Of a stretch of DNA of 64,000 nt, positions 38,645 to 51,596 are shown piece by piece. Where the stretch lies: the NCBI RefSeq assembly GCF_006345805.1, contig NC_043015.1, forward strand, positions 18,166,001 through 18,230,000, in the 5' to 3' direction. The notes under the pieces were generated by a model. It worked only from the letters and a program-made list of their open reading frames with translations, made no database searches and had not been told where the DNA came from. Both the position numbers and the translations under genes were made by a program. Origin of the DNA: Octopus sinensis. Its lineage: Eukaryota. How positions within the stretch are numbered: position 1 is the first letter of the stretch; every line of letters starts with the position of its first letter.

Positions 38645-38733
38645 ATTTTCCTGAAGAGAAGATTATATTGTTTTACACCATTTTGTTCCTTTGGAATAAT
38701 ACCAATGATATCTTCGAAACATGTGTTGGAAGT
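38645..38733 (+). ncRNA. Type I hammerhead ribozyme motif (GUU triplet)
   Basis: Stem I ATTTTC/GGAAGT (2 wobbles). CTGAAGA at 38651-57. Stem II GAAGAT/ATCTTC is perfect. GAAAC at 38716-20, then ATGT-GTT. It is a diverged relative of the 36.3 kb motif. Its 3' half is mirrored in a hairpin spanning about 38709-38918. Confidence 0.7.
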
Positions 38734-38919
38734 AAAGGAATTTGAATAACACCTGCGTTAAATAAATATGTATATTATATATATATGTGTGAATATTATA
38801 TATATATATATATATAATATATGTATATAATATTCACACATATATATATAATATACATATTTATTTAACGCAGGTGGTTATTCAAATTCCTTTACTTCCA
38901 ACACATGTTTCGAAGATAC

Positions 38920-39235
38920 ATATACATATAAATATAATATAGATATATATAATATAATATATATAACATATAATATATATATATATGATATATATATTAA
39001 TATATATATATATATATACATATAATATATATATATGATATATATATAAATATATATAAATATATATATACATATAATATATATATATATGATATATATA
39101 TATATATAATATGATATATATATATATATATATTATATATTTATATATATTTATGTGTGTGTGTGAGTGAGTGTATATATAACATACATATATATATTTG
39201 TATAAAATATATATACATATACAGTATATATATAT

Positions 39236-39284
<49 letters not shown>

Positions 39285-39354
39285 CTGTATATTATATTAT
39301 ATTTATACAGATATATATGTATGTTTATAATACACTCACTCACACACACACATA

Positions 39355-39385
<31 letters not shown>

Positions 39386-39573
39386 TAGATATATATCATA
39401 TATTATATATATATATGTATATATATATATTTATATATATATATATATATGTATTATACATACACTATATATATATATTATATGTATATATATGTTATAC
39501 ATATATATATTTTTTATATAAATATATATATTGTATATATATATGTGTGTATGATATATATGTTTATATTATA

Positions 39574-39613
<40 letters not shown>

Positions 39614-39860
39614 GCTATAAATATTTAGATACATATATTGTATATAAATGTATATTATATATATACATTAAGACCTTTGTGCTTGCAAAACGATGATGAT
39701 ATACAATATATATATATATTTTATATAAATATATTGTATATATATTTATTATATATACATATAATATATATATATTGTATAGTTATGATATATAATATTA
39801 TATGCATATAAATATATATTGTTATATATATTTATATACATATATTGCATAATGTATATA
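38920..39860. repeat. Degenerate (TA)n microsatellite block (similar blocks at 33960-34430, 57205-57775, 60530-61480, 61880-62185 and 62780-63275)
   Basis: Near-continuous TA/TATG/TAC repeats, the source of the spurious YI-rich ORFs. Confidence 0.95.
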
Positions 39861-40003
39861 AATAATATATATTTTATTTTATTTATTAGGGAATAAAAAT
39901 TCCGGCTTCACAGTGGTTCAAATTATTCTAAATGAGGAAATATATATGTTATTTAGAAATAGTAGTCCCATCATCACACCATAAAAAGAATATTAATTTC
40001 TCT

Positions 40004-40096
40004 GCTACACGTGTTTCTTGAGGTTCATTTTACGGTTCCTTAAGCACGCAGTGTTTTACAAGGACTATTCTTAAAATGTAACCCCAATCATCAGGC
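40004..40096 (-). ncRNA. Type I hammerhead motif with a perfect ACACGUGU helix III palindrome (GUA triplet)
   Basis: Minus strand: CTGATGA (40094-88), stem II TTGGGGTT/AACCTCAA (8 bp), then GAAAC-ACGT-GTA. Stem I has only 2 clear bp. Confidence 0.6.
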
Positions 40097-40167
40097 CTCC
40101 AAATCACTATATCGTAGTTCAATACCAAATACTATATTTTGATTTTTACAGATAAGTATGCGTATGT

Positions 40168-40270
40168 GTAGATAGGTTCGCCGGACCTTACTGTGCAAGC
40201 CATAATTTAATTCAAATAAAAGTAATTTAAAAAAAAAAAAAAAAAAAAAATAAAAAAATAAAATAAAAAT
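40168..40270 (+). mobile_element. Short poly(A)-tailed retroposed fragment; second copy inverted at 45305-45372
   Basis: GTAGATAGGTTCGCCGGACCTTACTGTGCAAGCCATAATTTAATTCAAATAAAAGTAATTT followed by an A-run. Confidence 0.75.
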
Positions 40271-40821
40271 TTACGAAAACCAAATTCTCACGTAACTTAT
40301 GTCTGTAAACATTCATATAAAATTAATAATGTGTAGGGATGAAAATAAAAATGAAATAACTACTTGTGATGATTTAGTAATGAAGACAAGAGTTAAAAGT
40401 GAACATACACAATTACAAATGACAAGTTGCAAAAAGAAAAATTTACAAAGGATAAGAATGATAAAAATTAAAGATTTACCAAGTAAAAATTAGAGCCTCA
40501 TAACTTAAGATTTAAATCTAAAAATTGTAAAAGTGATTATTTTGTTAAATAATTTGGTAATTAAATATTGGAGTATGACTGAGTTAAAGATATTAGATAG
40601 TTTATTATGTTTTTTTAAAGCCAAATTATATCTTCAAAGATAAATACATATTTCTACATATTTCTACATATTTCTATCTGTTTCATTTCCTTAAAAATTA
40701 AATATTTAACATAATAAATGTGTTGTAGGAAATAATCCTAATGATCTAAATTTCTAATTTAGTTAATGGAGTTTTTTCCTATAAGAAAAATTATTATTTT
40801 ATGCAAGTACAACTCTGTAAT

Positions 40822-40913
<92 letters not shown>

Positions 40914-40919
40914 TGTATG

Positions 40920-40992
<73 letters not shown>

Positions 40993-41362
40993 ATATATTT
41001 GCTTATTTATTTAACTATTATCATTAATCTGAAGATTAGCTATAAATTTAAATCGAATTTATTTCAATTGAATTAAACTTAATTGTAATTCGAATTAAAT
41101 TGTAGTCATGAAACGTACGTAGCTTTTTTTAATTAATATATCATATATTGATCATTCATTTTTATACTATTTGAGATCTAGTTATAAGTTTTATGTTTTA
41201 TAAAAATATATATTATTTGTTATTTATGTATTGGCTTATGTCTATCAATGTTATAGTACATAATAGTGGTTTTATCTCTAATTTATATTTTATATATTGA
41301 TACTATGAATTTGATTTAATACAAAATTGAATTTTTCCCTGTATGTTTGGAGTTATACTCCC

Positions 41363-41419
<57 letters not shown>

Positions 41420-41533
41420 GTATATATATGTATTGTATATATATGTATATCTATGTATATGTATATATATGTATATATATATATATATATATGTAATTGT
41501 ATATATATGTATATATATGTGTATATATATATA

Positions 41534-41583
<50 letters not shown>

Positions 41584-41635
41584 TATAATATATATATATG
41601 TATATTATATATATATTATATATATATATATATAG

Positions 41636-42436
41636 ACAATGCAGCATGGAAGGTGTTTATAAGCCATTTAAGAAACACACAAAAACCGTTAGATTCACTT
41701 CAACATTTAAATTTAATTTGTCAAAATATTTTCGTCACTTTGAGACCATGACTTGTTCACTGACAAAACTCCGTGCTGCTACTGTTTTCGTTCCAGCACA
41801 CGATCTCAGATCAGGTCACTTGCTATGCAAGTACATCTCCGTAATATATATATATATAAATATGTATTGGAAGGTTTGGAGATGATGTACAGGTATTATA
41901 TATTAGAAGAAATGAGGTACTCAGAAGATCAGATGGTTTATATTTACAGATATTTATTAGTATATCATATCACTTAGATCATTAGCGCTTTCTCCCATTC
42001 TAGTGGGGTTTTCAAATCAAACTAAGTTCCTGTGTGAGAAGATTTTATAGAGTTTTGTAGTGGTGGGGAGGAATATAAGACAGTACAAGAGGGTGATGGA
42101 TGAGGAGAAAGTGAGAGAGAGAACATGTGCGTGTGTGTGTGTTTTTGTATCTGGGATGAGTGCTAAAGAGAAAGAGGGGAAGGGAGAGGGAAGAAGAAAA
42201 TATATTTTTTGGTCTGCTAGACAGAATATTGACTCCAAGGAAAAAAAGAAAGAATTTCAGTTTTGACCACTTCACAGTGTCACTGAGTGTGGTGGCGGGG
42301 AGGTAGGCCATAAATTATATTTTCCTGTTATCATTGTGAGAGAGTGTGTATGTGTTTAATGCTTTTTTGGGTTTAAGAATTCTTTCCACTTTTTATGATA
42401 GTTTTGTGCAGGTGTGTGTCTGTGTCTGTGTGTGTG

Positions 42437-42483
<47 letters not shown>

Positions 42484-42871
42484 GTGTATGTGCGTGTGTG
42501 GGTGTCTGTGAGTTTGGAGAAGGGAAGAGAGACAAAAAGGGGGGAAGGGGGAAAAAGTTGTGTTGATATTTATACCACTATATATATATACATGCTTATA
42601 CATGAAATATTAGAAAAAAACACCTTTTATCAAAATGAACAATTAATTACACCATCTTGAAAATTGCATATCATAGGAAAGTTAAAGTTAAAATGACAAT
42701 TAAAAAGTAAAGATTAAGTAAATTACAAAAGTAATATAATGTATATAACAGGCAATATATATATATACGCACACATATATACATACACATACATATACTA
42801 AATGTTCTACTATATTAAATTGTAAATCGAAAGCTGTGTCCTTCAATGTCACTATATATATATATATATAT

Positions 42872-42903
<32 letters not shown>

Positions 42904-43076
42904 CAAGCTTATAAATGAAATATTAGAAAAAAACACCTTTCATCGATTCAAAATGAACAATCAAATTACACCATCTTGAAAATTGCATATCATAGGAAAG
43001 TTAAAATTAAAATGACAATTAAAAAGTAAAGATTAAGTAAATTACAAAAATAATATAATGTATATAACAGGTAATC

Positions 43077-43162
<86 letters not shown>

Positions 43163-46100
43163 TATATATATATACACACACCATATACTAAATGTTCTAC
43201 TATATTATATTGTAAATCGAAAGATTTGTCCTTCAATGTATGATGAGTAAAATTTCACCATTTAATTTGGGGGAGAACTGAGCTATGAAATATTTTTCCA
43301 TATTCCTCCTGAAAGAGGTGTCGTTCTTTGGACATTTGTAGAAGGGAAAGATCTTAAACTTTCCTTCTCCACACGTAGCTAGGTGTGTACTTAGTGGAAT
43401 CTTGCATAGTTCTTCCTGCCAGACATGTTGGTGAATCCTGGCTCGCTGGCACAAAGAATTACCAGTTTCCCCTATGTAATCCTCCTTGCACGTGGGGCAG
43501 GTTATGCAGTATATAACGTTCTGCGTCTTGCAGTTCATATCTGCATTTACTTTGAATATGTAACCACTTTTAAATCTCATCTCTCTGTTTCCCTCTATGT
43601 ATTTGTAGGTGGGGTTGCTGCAGATCTCATATCTACCATCTCCGCACTCTTTTGCAAAGAATTCCGTTTTAGTTTTGAAGAGACTTTCGCTCTTGTTAGG
43701 TGTTTCTTTAGGTTTTTGTCCTGTCGTCTACTGTTTTTTATGCTATATTTGTTTAATATGTTTTTCATTTTGGGGCTTTGTAAGGCTATTGGTAGGTTTG
43801 AATGTATGGTTTGGAACATGTTGGTAACTCCAGGGTTGCGCGTGTTTATAAAAGGGATAATGTTTTCTTTGTTTTTTGTTTTGGGTGTCCTGAGTTGTGC
43901 GATGTCTAGTTTCAATGCTCTTGTGATTCCATTTTCTATTAGTTTAAGGGGGTATTTTTGCTCTAGGGGGAAGTTTTTAAGTTCATCTAGTCTTATTAGT
44001 CGTATTTGTGAATCAGTTACTATGCTACATATTCGTCTTGCCATACTATATGGGATGTTTCTTTTTTGTGTGGGATGGGTGGCAGGAGTGGAAATTTAAA
44101 TATTGGTGTGTGTCAGTTTTTTTTGTAGTGGATGTCTGTTGTGACGATGGAGTTGTGTATTTTGATGATGATGTCTAGGAAGGGAAGTTCGTTGTGGCTG
44201 GTATCTATTGTGAAGTTGATAGATGGGTGCAGCGTATTGAGGATGTTGTGGAATGTTCGTAGGTCTTCTTCTGATCTGTTCCAAAAGATGAAGCAGTCAT
44301 CGAGGTAGCGTTTCCACTTTTTCTTGATGTCTTCTCTGAAGTCGTGTTCGAAGACTTTCCCTATTTCATCGTATAGTTTGTTCTCCAGGAAACTCATCAC
44401 CAGGTTGGCATATGAAGGTGCGAATTTTGTACCCATAGCCGTGCCCTTTATCTGTCTTGTTGTTGAATGAGGATGTATTTTCTTCGAGTATTAATTGGGT
44501 GGCTTGGGTGATAAAGTCTGTCTTGAAGCATTCGTCTATAAGTTCTCTGCATTTTTCTATTGATTGTTTTATTGCTTCTTGACCTAGGATGTGTGGTATG
44601 TTCATGTATAGGTTTGTGACATCGAAGCTTGCAAGTATGGTGTTTTTCGGTACTGTATTTGGAATGTGTGTGAGGAAGTCTATGTCATCTCTTATGTAGC
44701 TTGGTATCTGTGGGCATAAATGTTTGAGCAGTACATCTATGAAGTGGCTTAGTTGTTGTGTTGGTGCCTGGGGTCCTGCCACCATTGGCCTCATTGTGAG
44801 GTCTGCAGGCCTTTGTATTCTTATATAGTGGTTCCTCTGTTCTTTTATGGCTCTCTGTATTTCAGAGCGTTTATGAATTTTAGGTAATCCATAAAAATTG
44901 CTTTCTTTGGTTCTTGAGTTGCATAGATAGTCTTTCTTCTTATCTGTAAAGGAGTCCTGGTATTAATTGACTAAAGTTCTAATTTTTCTTATTGTTGTTT
45001 TCTCCGGTGGTGTTGGTTCCTCTTTACAGTATGTCTGGTTGTTCAGTAACTCCAGTATCTTTTCTTTGTAGTAATCTGTATCCATAATAACTATTGCTCC
45101 ACCTTTGTCAGCTTCTTTTATAATGATTGACTTGTCATTTTTCAGTTTGTTTTTTTCCACTGCGGAGATTCTGTTTGCATTTTGTGTGTGTTGAGAGGGA
45201 ATTGGATATTGTCTCTATGTATGCGTCAAGGTGTTTGTCACTTCCCTTGTAAGGGGTGAAATGGGATTTTTTTTCTTATGATTGAGTTATCTTCTGTTTC
45301 TTTATTTTTTTAAATTACTTTTATTTGAATTAAATTATGGCTTGCACAGTAAGGTCCGGCGAACCTATCTACAGAATTCCATAAGGCGGAGGTGGCGGCT
45401 GAAGTTGTCTATATCAGTTTTTAGTTCTATGAGGTTTGCAGTGGGTGTAGGTGTAAATTTGAGGCCTTTTAGTAGTAGGTTCATTTCCTTTTCTTTAAGT
45501 TCTCTTTTAGATAAGTTTATTATTTTGGGGTCTATGTGTTTTGTGAGTTCATCTGGAATTTTTGGTGTATTAGGTCTGGAGTATGGTTGAAGTATCTTCC
45601 CTAAAAAATGGATTGTGTTGTTGCGTCTCCAAATTCCATTTTCAGTTCTTAGGTTTTCTTGTAGTAGTAGGGGTGGTCTGTGTGGTCTGTATGTGTTGTT
45701 TTGTCTTTGGTAGTTGTCTTCTTCCCATCTCCTGTGTTTGTTGAGCCAATATCTATTACTGGGGTTCAGGTTTCTTTGTGGGTAGGTGGATGGTTTATGT
45801 TTTGTGTTTGTATTGTATTGATAGTGGGGGTTGTTTTTATCCATCTTGTAAATTTGTGGGGTCGCATTGGGTTGGTATTTTGTGGTTTTGATTTCCTCGA
45901 TGTTTTTGTAGGTTATGTGTTGATTTCTATCCACTTGTTTATTGTTCCATGTGTGTGTCCATTTAGGATGTCAGTGTTATGTGTTGGTGGTTTTCATATT
46001 CTATTTGCTCTCTCCAAGTGTTATAGGTTGTTGGTTGTATGTATCATACTTGTCTTGCTGTTTGTGTGTTTGTTTTTGTGTGGTTTTGGGTTGATGGTTG

Positions 46101-47515
46101 TCTTTCATATTTTGTGTATCTGTTTATTGGGGGGTTCGGCAGTGTAAGGAGTGGGATTTTGGTTTGTGTTTGGTAGGGCTTATTTGGATGTCTGGGAGTC
46201 CAATATGTTTGTGGTGTTGGTTTGTTGTATCTATTCATTTGTTTTGATAGTTTTTTTGTCTTCATAATTGATTCTTCACCATAGTTCTTTTCGTAGTTTA
46301 AAAACCACTCCTGTTGTTTGGTCCACATAATTCTGGATCTTTCCTCCTCTCGTTTGGTATCCTCTTTCCATAATTGTTGTAGTTTTACTTTGTTTTGGTT
46401 ATTGTTCCTTTCTGTTATCTCGGCCATTATGATGGTATCAATTGTTTTAATCTTATCTGGTGTGCGCTTCGTGTTTGTAGAAAGGAAATTTCCGTTTCTA
46501 GTCGGCAGAGGGCTAGGTTTGCACGTTTGTTGTTTCTTCTAGTGTTTCACCCCTTATTTCTTTGACAAGAAATTTTCTAGGGAGTATTGGGTCCTTCATG
46601 TCCCGCCAGTTTTGGTATATGTTGGCTATGTTCTTACAGCATATGCTTTTCCAATAAGCATATTTGCGTTGGTTTAGAAGTTTGTTCCAGTCTTGGGGTT
46701 TTGAAGGTTTTTCTTGGTTTGTGTCAGTTTTTGTTTCTTCGTCATTTGTTGTCCTTTGTGATTGGGGTGGTCCCGCCAAAAGATTTGTGTTGTCAGTTGT
46801 GTTTGCTTGATTATTTTTAGAGAGAATATTTTGTGTTTGGGTTGTATTTATTGTTAAAGCAATGTTTGCAAAGAGCGTATCAATTTTTGAAAGAAACGAA
46901 TTCAACTAACTACAGGTTTCTGTGAATAGATCTTCCATGTTTCTGGTATTCCCCTGTTGAAGATGTGTTTCTGTCTTGTTTATTTCGGCATTGCATATTT
47001 TGCAGATTTGTGTTAGGTCTTCTGCGTGTTTGGTATAAGCCTCTTTGGGGGTATGATTCTGTTCCATTCTTTTCGATGTTTTCTTTATTTTTGGTATCTT
47101 CTTTTTGTGGATCTGATATTAGTCCATCCATTCTGATGTCATGTACATCCAAATATATGTATTGGAAGGTTTGGAGATGATGTACAGGTGTTATATATTA
47201 GAAGAAATGAGGTACTCAGAAGATCGTATGGTTTATATTTACAGATATTTATTTTTATATTATATTTTATATATATATATCATATCACTTAGATCATTAG
47301 CGCTTTCTCCCATTCTAGTGGGGTTTTCAAATCAAACTAAGTTCCTGTGTAAGGAAATTTTATAGAGTTTTGTAGTGGTGGGGAGGAATATAAGACAGTA
47401 CAAGAGGGTGATGGATGAGGAGTAAGTGAGAGAGAGAACATGTGTGTATGTGTGTGTGCGTGTTTTTGTATCTGGGATAAGTGCTAAAGAGAAAGAGGGG
47501 AAGGGAAAGGGACAG
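41636..47515 (-). mobile_element. Penelope-like element (Neptune-like), copy 2, near full length with direct pseudo-LTRs
   Basis: Same RT and GIY-YIG motifs as copy 1 (MRPMVAGP, FDVTNLY, MGTKFAPSYANL, RYLDDCF, NVIYCITCPTCKEDYIGETG). A direct repeat of about 330-350 bp lies at both ends (about 41860-42190 and about 47155-47515). The ORF region extends about 0.7 kb further 5' than in copy 1. Both termini abut (TA)n. Frameshifted. Confidence 0.93.
41717..41767 (-). ncRNA. Minimal type I hammerhead-like fold with variant core (G3-C8 swap plus an extra A)
   Basis: Minus strand: TTTGTCA-GTGAACA-A-GTCAT-GGTCTCAAA-GTGAC-GAA-A-ATAT-T-T-TGACAAA. Stem I is 7 WC bp, stem II is 5 bp, and helix III is A-U closing the palindrome AATATT. 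It is sense to the PLE and about 80 nt from its 3' end. Confidence 0.6.
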
Positions 47516-47574
47516 AATATGTATATGTATATATATATATATATTATATATATATATATATATATATCAGGAAA

Positions 47575-47708
47575 GACAAGGAACCTCTATCAGCCTCAAG
47601 ACGAACAAAAACTTTTTTATGACTGCCTACATTATCACTGTGGACACCATGTAGGCAATCATAGAAAAGTTTTTGTTCGTCTTGAGGCTGATAGAGATTC
47701 CTTGTCTT
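47575..47708. repeat. Fold-back hairpin, arms of about 60 bp with a 16-nt spacer
   Basis: AGACAAGGAACCTCTATCAGCCTCAAGACGAACAAAAACTTTT..ATGACTGCCTACAT is mirrored by ATGTAGGCAATCAT..AAAAGTTTTTGTTCGTCTTGAGGCTGATAGAGATTCCTTGTCT. Confidence 0.9.
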
Positions 47709-47788
47709 TCCTGATTAGAAGATGGCATAATGCACCCTTTATTCCTTCGGAATTAAGAGTATGCAGTCTTCGAAACATGTGTTGAGAG
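47706..47788 (+). ncRNA. Hammerhead motif with mutated core (CUGAUUA)
   Basis: Stem I CTTTC/GAGAG. CTGATTA at 47711-17. Stem II GAAGAT-G-GCATA/TATGC-A-GTCTTC. GAAAC at 47772-76, then ATGT-GTT. Confidence 0.6.
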
Positions 47789-47985
47789 TAAAGGAATTTT
47801 GTTAAAATCTTCGTTCGACTCCATTCTTTTATTTATTAATATAAAAAAAACACACAAATTACCACACAAGAACAAGGGCTTTCTGCCCTTGGCATGTAGC
47901 TTCAACCGTGTTTTCTGACGTGAATTTGCTACCCAGGTATCGATTACCGAATTATCAATACTAGGATAATTCATTCAGCTACTTA

Positions 47986-48060
<75 letters not shown>

Positions 48061-48061
<1 letters not shown>

Positions 48062-48904
48062 TAGCAGAATTGCCCGGCGTGGCTCGGGGCTGAATTGCTT
48101 GAAAGTACTGTTAATGATTGCACTGAATTATGATGATTATTCAGGCAAATATTGATATAAGTTTACGCTGGGAGATAAGGACTTAACGATCAAACGTGTG
48201 CCATTGCATTGTTTTGGGGGAACCAAATTTCTGATGAGCATTATAGGGGCACCAACTTTAAGTTTGAGAATGTGTGGTGTTAGTCCGGGGTGCTCAAAGG
48301 AATTGAGTACCTCTATTGGATAGTTGATGACGTCCTGTGGGTCAGGAGTTGTATTGATAGACTGATATACATAGACTTCCCCAAGAATGAGTTTTAGCAT
48401 TTCATCATTAATATGGTGAACAGTTTTATTCCTCGGGACCAGTATAGCTTTTGGCCAATCCAATCCATATTCTGATAATTAGCTTGTAGATCTGGGAACA
48501 CTGCATCTCTGAGATCAGAAGGCGTCTTAACAATGGTACAAATGGAATCGATGGCAATATTACCATTTTCATCCCCTGGTATTTTGCCTTCGCCAAGTGC
48601 AAGGAGGGTGTGAGGAAATGCTGCTGATGTGATATTACGTCGCATATGAGCACGCATATTGGTGTGAAGTTTGAGAGTTGCTTCCCTTTATTAAAAAAAA
48701 AGCATTAAAATGAAAGAAAATGATGGTAAATTATTTGTAAAATCGTAGACTCATCGTAGACGCACGCTATTACCCAGAAGGGCTCGATATGAATCACGAC
48801 TATAAGATACTCGGTTTTGGTTAAACTGCATCGCAAAATGTGGGAGTAGTTAGGAATCTAAATCGGAGTAGACATACACACAAACTTTCTTTTATATATA
48901 AAGA
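48061..48904 (-). mobile_element. Non-autonomous Helitron carrying a Pif1-type helicase fragment
   Basis: 5' TC (48904-03), a 3' hairpin CCCGAG..CCGGG and CTAG (48064-61), inserted in an A/T site. Internal peptides LHTNMR, LLALGEGK, ILVPRNK..IN and LKVGAPIMLIRNL..CNGTRLIV. Confidence 0.88.
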
Positions 48905-49211
48905 TTTTCGTCCTAAAAAACTTTGTATGGATTGAATGGTTACCTCTATGGAAATATATACACGCACATTATACATACATGTGTGTATAGATGAATATAT
49001 AAGTACATTTAAATATCTATATACACTTTTGGGCGATCTTTCTGCTACTTGGATATACTTTAGATCTTATATTCGTCCAATTCGTCCTAAATAACTTTGT
49101 ATGGAGTGAATGGTTACCTCTATGGAAATATATACACACACATTATACATACATGTGTGTATAGATGAATATATAAATACATTTAAATATCTATATACAC
49201 TTCTGGGGGAT

Positions 49212-49242
<31 letters not shown>

Positions 49243-49836
49243 ACACGCACACACGTTAGCTTACAATTTTATTTATATATTTGCGTGTCTATGTGTGTAA
49301 AGCGGAAGTGGGAGTAATTTGCAGAGTAAAGGCTTCGAAGTGAAATGTTAAAATATTGAGTTTTCTCGAATTTTGTCTTAATTGGGGGTGAAATTGAAAG
49401 AAATTTTGTATGGCATGACCGAATGGAAGTACTTTGAAATATCATAGGTAAACTCTAATTGAAGAAATTGTGTGAGGAGTAAATCGTTATGTATTTATTT
49501 GTTTCTGTTTGCTGTGTTTTTTTTAGTAGTGGTTTAAGGTACACTTGCAAAGGGAAAGTGGGAGAAATTAGGGTGATAGCGCGAGTGAAGCAGATCGCTC
49601 CGTTTTTGTGTGTGTGCTGTAGCCCACACTAAGAAAAGCACTTCACTTACGCACCACAATGTGAGTTTTCTCTAAATTTTGCTTAATTGGAGTTTAAATT
49701 TTAAAAACCGGACCTGGCACGACCGATGCATTCTACTCTTAAAAATGCTAGGTAAATTGTAATTGAAGAAATCCTATATTGTAGATTTCTATAAGAGACA
49801 AAGGGAGGCAGATAAAATCTGCCTTTTATAATAAGA

Positions 49837-50232
49837 CTAGCAGTATCGCCCGGCGTTGCTCGGGTTGTAAGGGAAATAACTATATAAGCATTTTTAGAGA
49901 GTTATAGCCCAAAAATAGCAAAAAAATGCATTAAAAATTGAAAAAAATTAAGGTAAATTTTTTTTTAAATCGTTGACACATCGTAGATATTTTTAGAGAG
50001 TTACTTCCCTTATATAAAAGCGAAAAAAATGCATTAAAATGGAAAAATATGATGGTAAATTTTTTTAAAATCGTAGACCCATCGTAGACGCGCGCTAATA
50101 CCCAGAAGGGGTCGATATGAATCACGACTATAAGATACCCGCTTTTGGTTAAACTGCACCGCAAAATGTGGGAGTAGTTACGAATCTAAATCGTAGGAGA
50201 CAGACACACAACTTCACTTTTATATATAAAGA
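49837..50232 (-). mobile_element. 396-bp non-autonomous Helitron, same family as 48061-48904
   Basis: 5' TCTTTATATATAAAAG, 3' hairpin plus CTAG, A/T target. It shares about 220 bp of 5' sequence and the 3' terminus with the previous element. Confidence 0.85.
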
Positions 50233-50326
50233 TATAAGCCACGTAGTTATATACACATTCTTAAAAGAAAATGTTATTTTGAACACAACATTTACAAAGA
50301 ATAAAATATTTTTTGGTTTTTCTTAA

Positions 50327-51353
50327 CCCTTTCGTTACTATATTTCTGACCAAAATACACCCCTTATGTGTTTCAATTAATTTCTAACGTAATCATAAAT
50401 TTAGTCTGGTTTCATTAAACAACTATAACTTTTTTATTTATGAATATATTAATCTGATTTTTGGAAGATAATTTAATGAAATGTCTCAACCAATTCTATA
50501 CTATAATTTTTGTCACAAAGTGACTCTATTGCAGGTAGATACAGGTAAATTCAACAATATATAAAATTATTAAAATTTTGTTCAAACATCGCTATAGAAA
50601 ATGGGTTATTAGCTAATATTCAATTGGGTATAACAAAATTTTACGATAGAATTTGTTATTCTGGGTAACTTTCTAATACCCATAATAATATTTATGGCAA
50701 AATAGGCCTTAATTTCATTTAAGGTTGTGGGAAATAACAAACTATCGTTTCTTTCGCTTTGTTTAGGTTGAGCGTAACAGTTCGTTTTCGCCGTAATGAT
50801 TTCAAATAGGCTCATTCGAAAAAGTAAAAAGTCTGTGGCTTGGTCCAGTTTCTTCAGAAAAATCACCGAAAGAAACAGTTTTTAAATTTTCACTCCATTC
50901 AGGTGCCAAATCATTTTCTTTATCGCTGTCGGAGATCTCAGATTCACTGTTTTCACTTTCGGAAAATGAAACATCAGATTCATTATCAAATACCACATGC
51001 TTTTTTTTTCAGTCATAGAGTTAGATTTATGAAGGTCTTCAGTAGAAAATCCTTCGAATTCTGACTCGCTGCTTGATATAATGAAATTCGTATCCATTTT
51101 TTGTCAGAATTACAATTTTGAAAACACAATAGGAACAAATTTCGGAAAAAAATCTCCCATAATTCACGGATTAAAATTACACTTCGATGTTTGTACAAAA
51201 CTGTAGTTGAACTGTTTACGAAGTATAATACGTGTTTTCACGAATGTTCTAAAGAGATTTACTCTGATATTCTCATTTAAATATGAATAGGTAAATTCGG
51301 GCGGCTTGGTCACATTAACACAAAATTTTTCGGGCGGTTTGGTAACGAAAGGG
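50327..51353 (-). mobile_element. Internally deleted piggyBac element
   Basis: Perfect 12-bp TIRs CCCTTTCGTTAC/GTAACGAAAGGG with TTAA on both sides (50323-26 and 51354-57). It retains the acidic N-terminus and PTTLNEIKAYFAINIIMGIRKLP of a PGBD-type transposase. Confidence 0.9.
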
Positions 51354-51596
51354 TTAAACGGATGCATGCATTTATAAATAACTATATATAAGTGTCGTCT
51401 GTTTATACATAAACACTGTTCATACTGCAATTATATATACATATATCATATATAATATTATATAATAAAATATATACAGAGTAAAATAAAAAACTAATTT
51501 ACCTTTTCTGTATTGTTATAGCAATTCGACCGTCCGTGTGTCTTTGCAAATGGTTGGAATGATAAGTGAGTGTGTTTTGGCGCCTTTTTACTAATA

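Noticed and set aside
43425-46147. Long plus-strand hydrophobic ORFs (224 aa, 155 aa) resembling membrane proteins
   Set aside because: They are antisense shadows of the A/C-rich PLE coding strand; T/G richness produces F/V/L/C-rich open frames.
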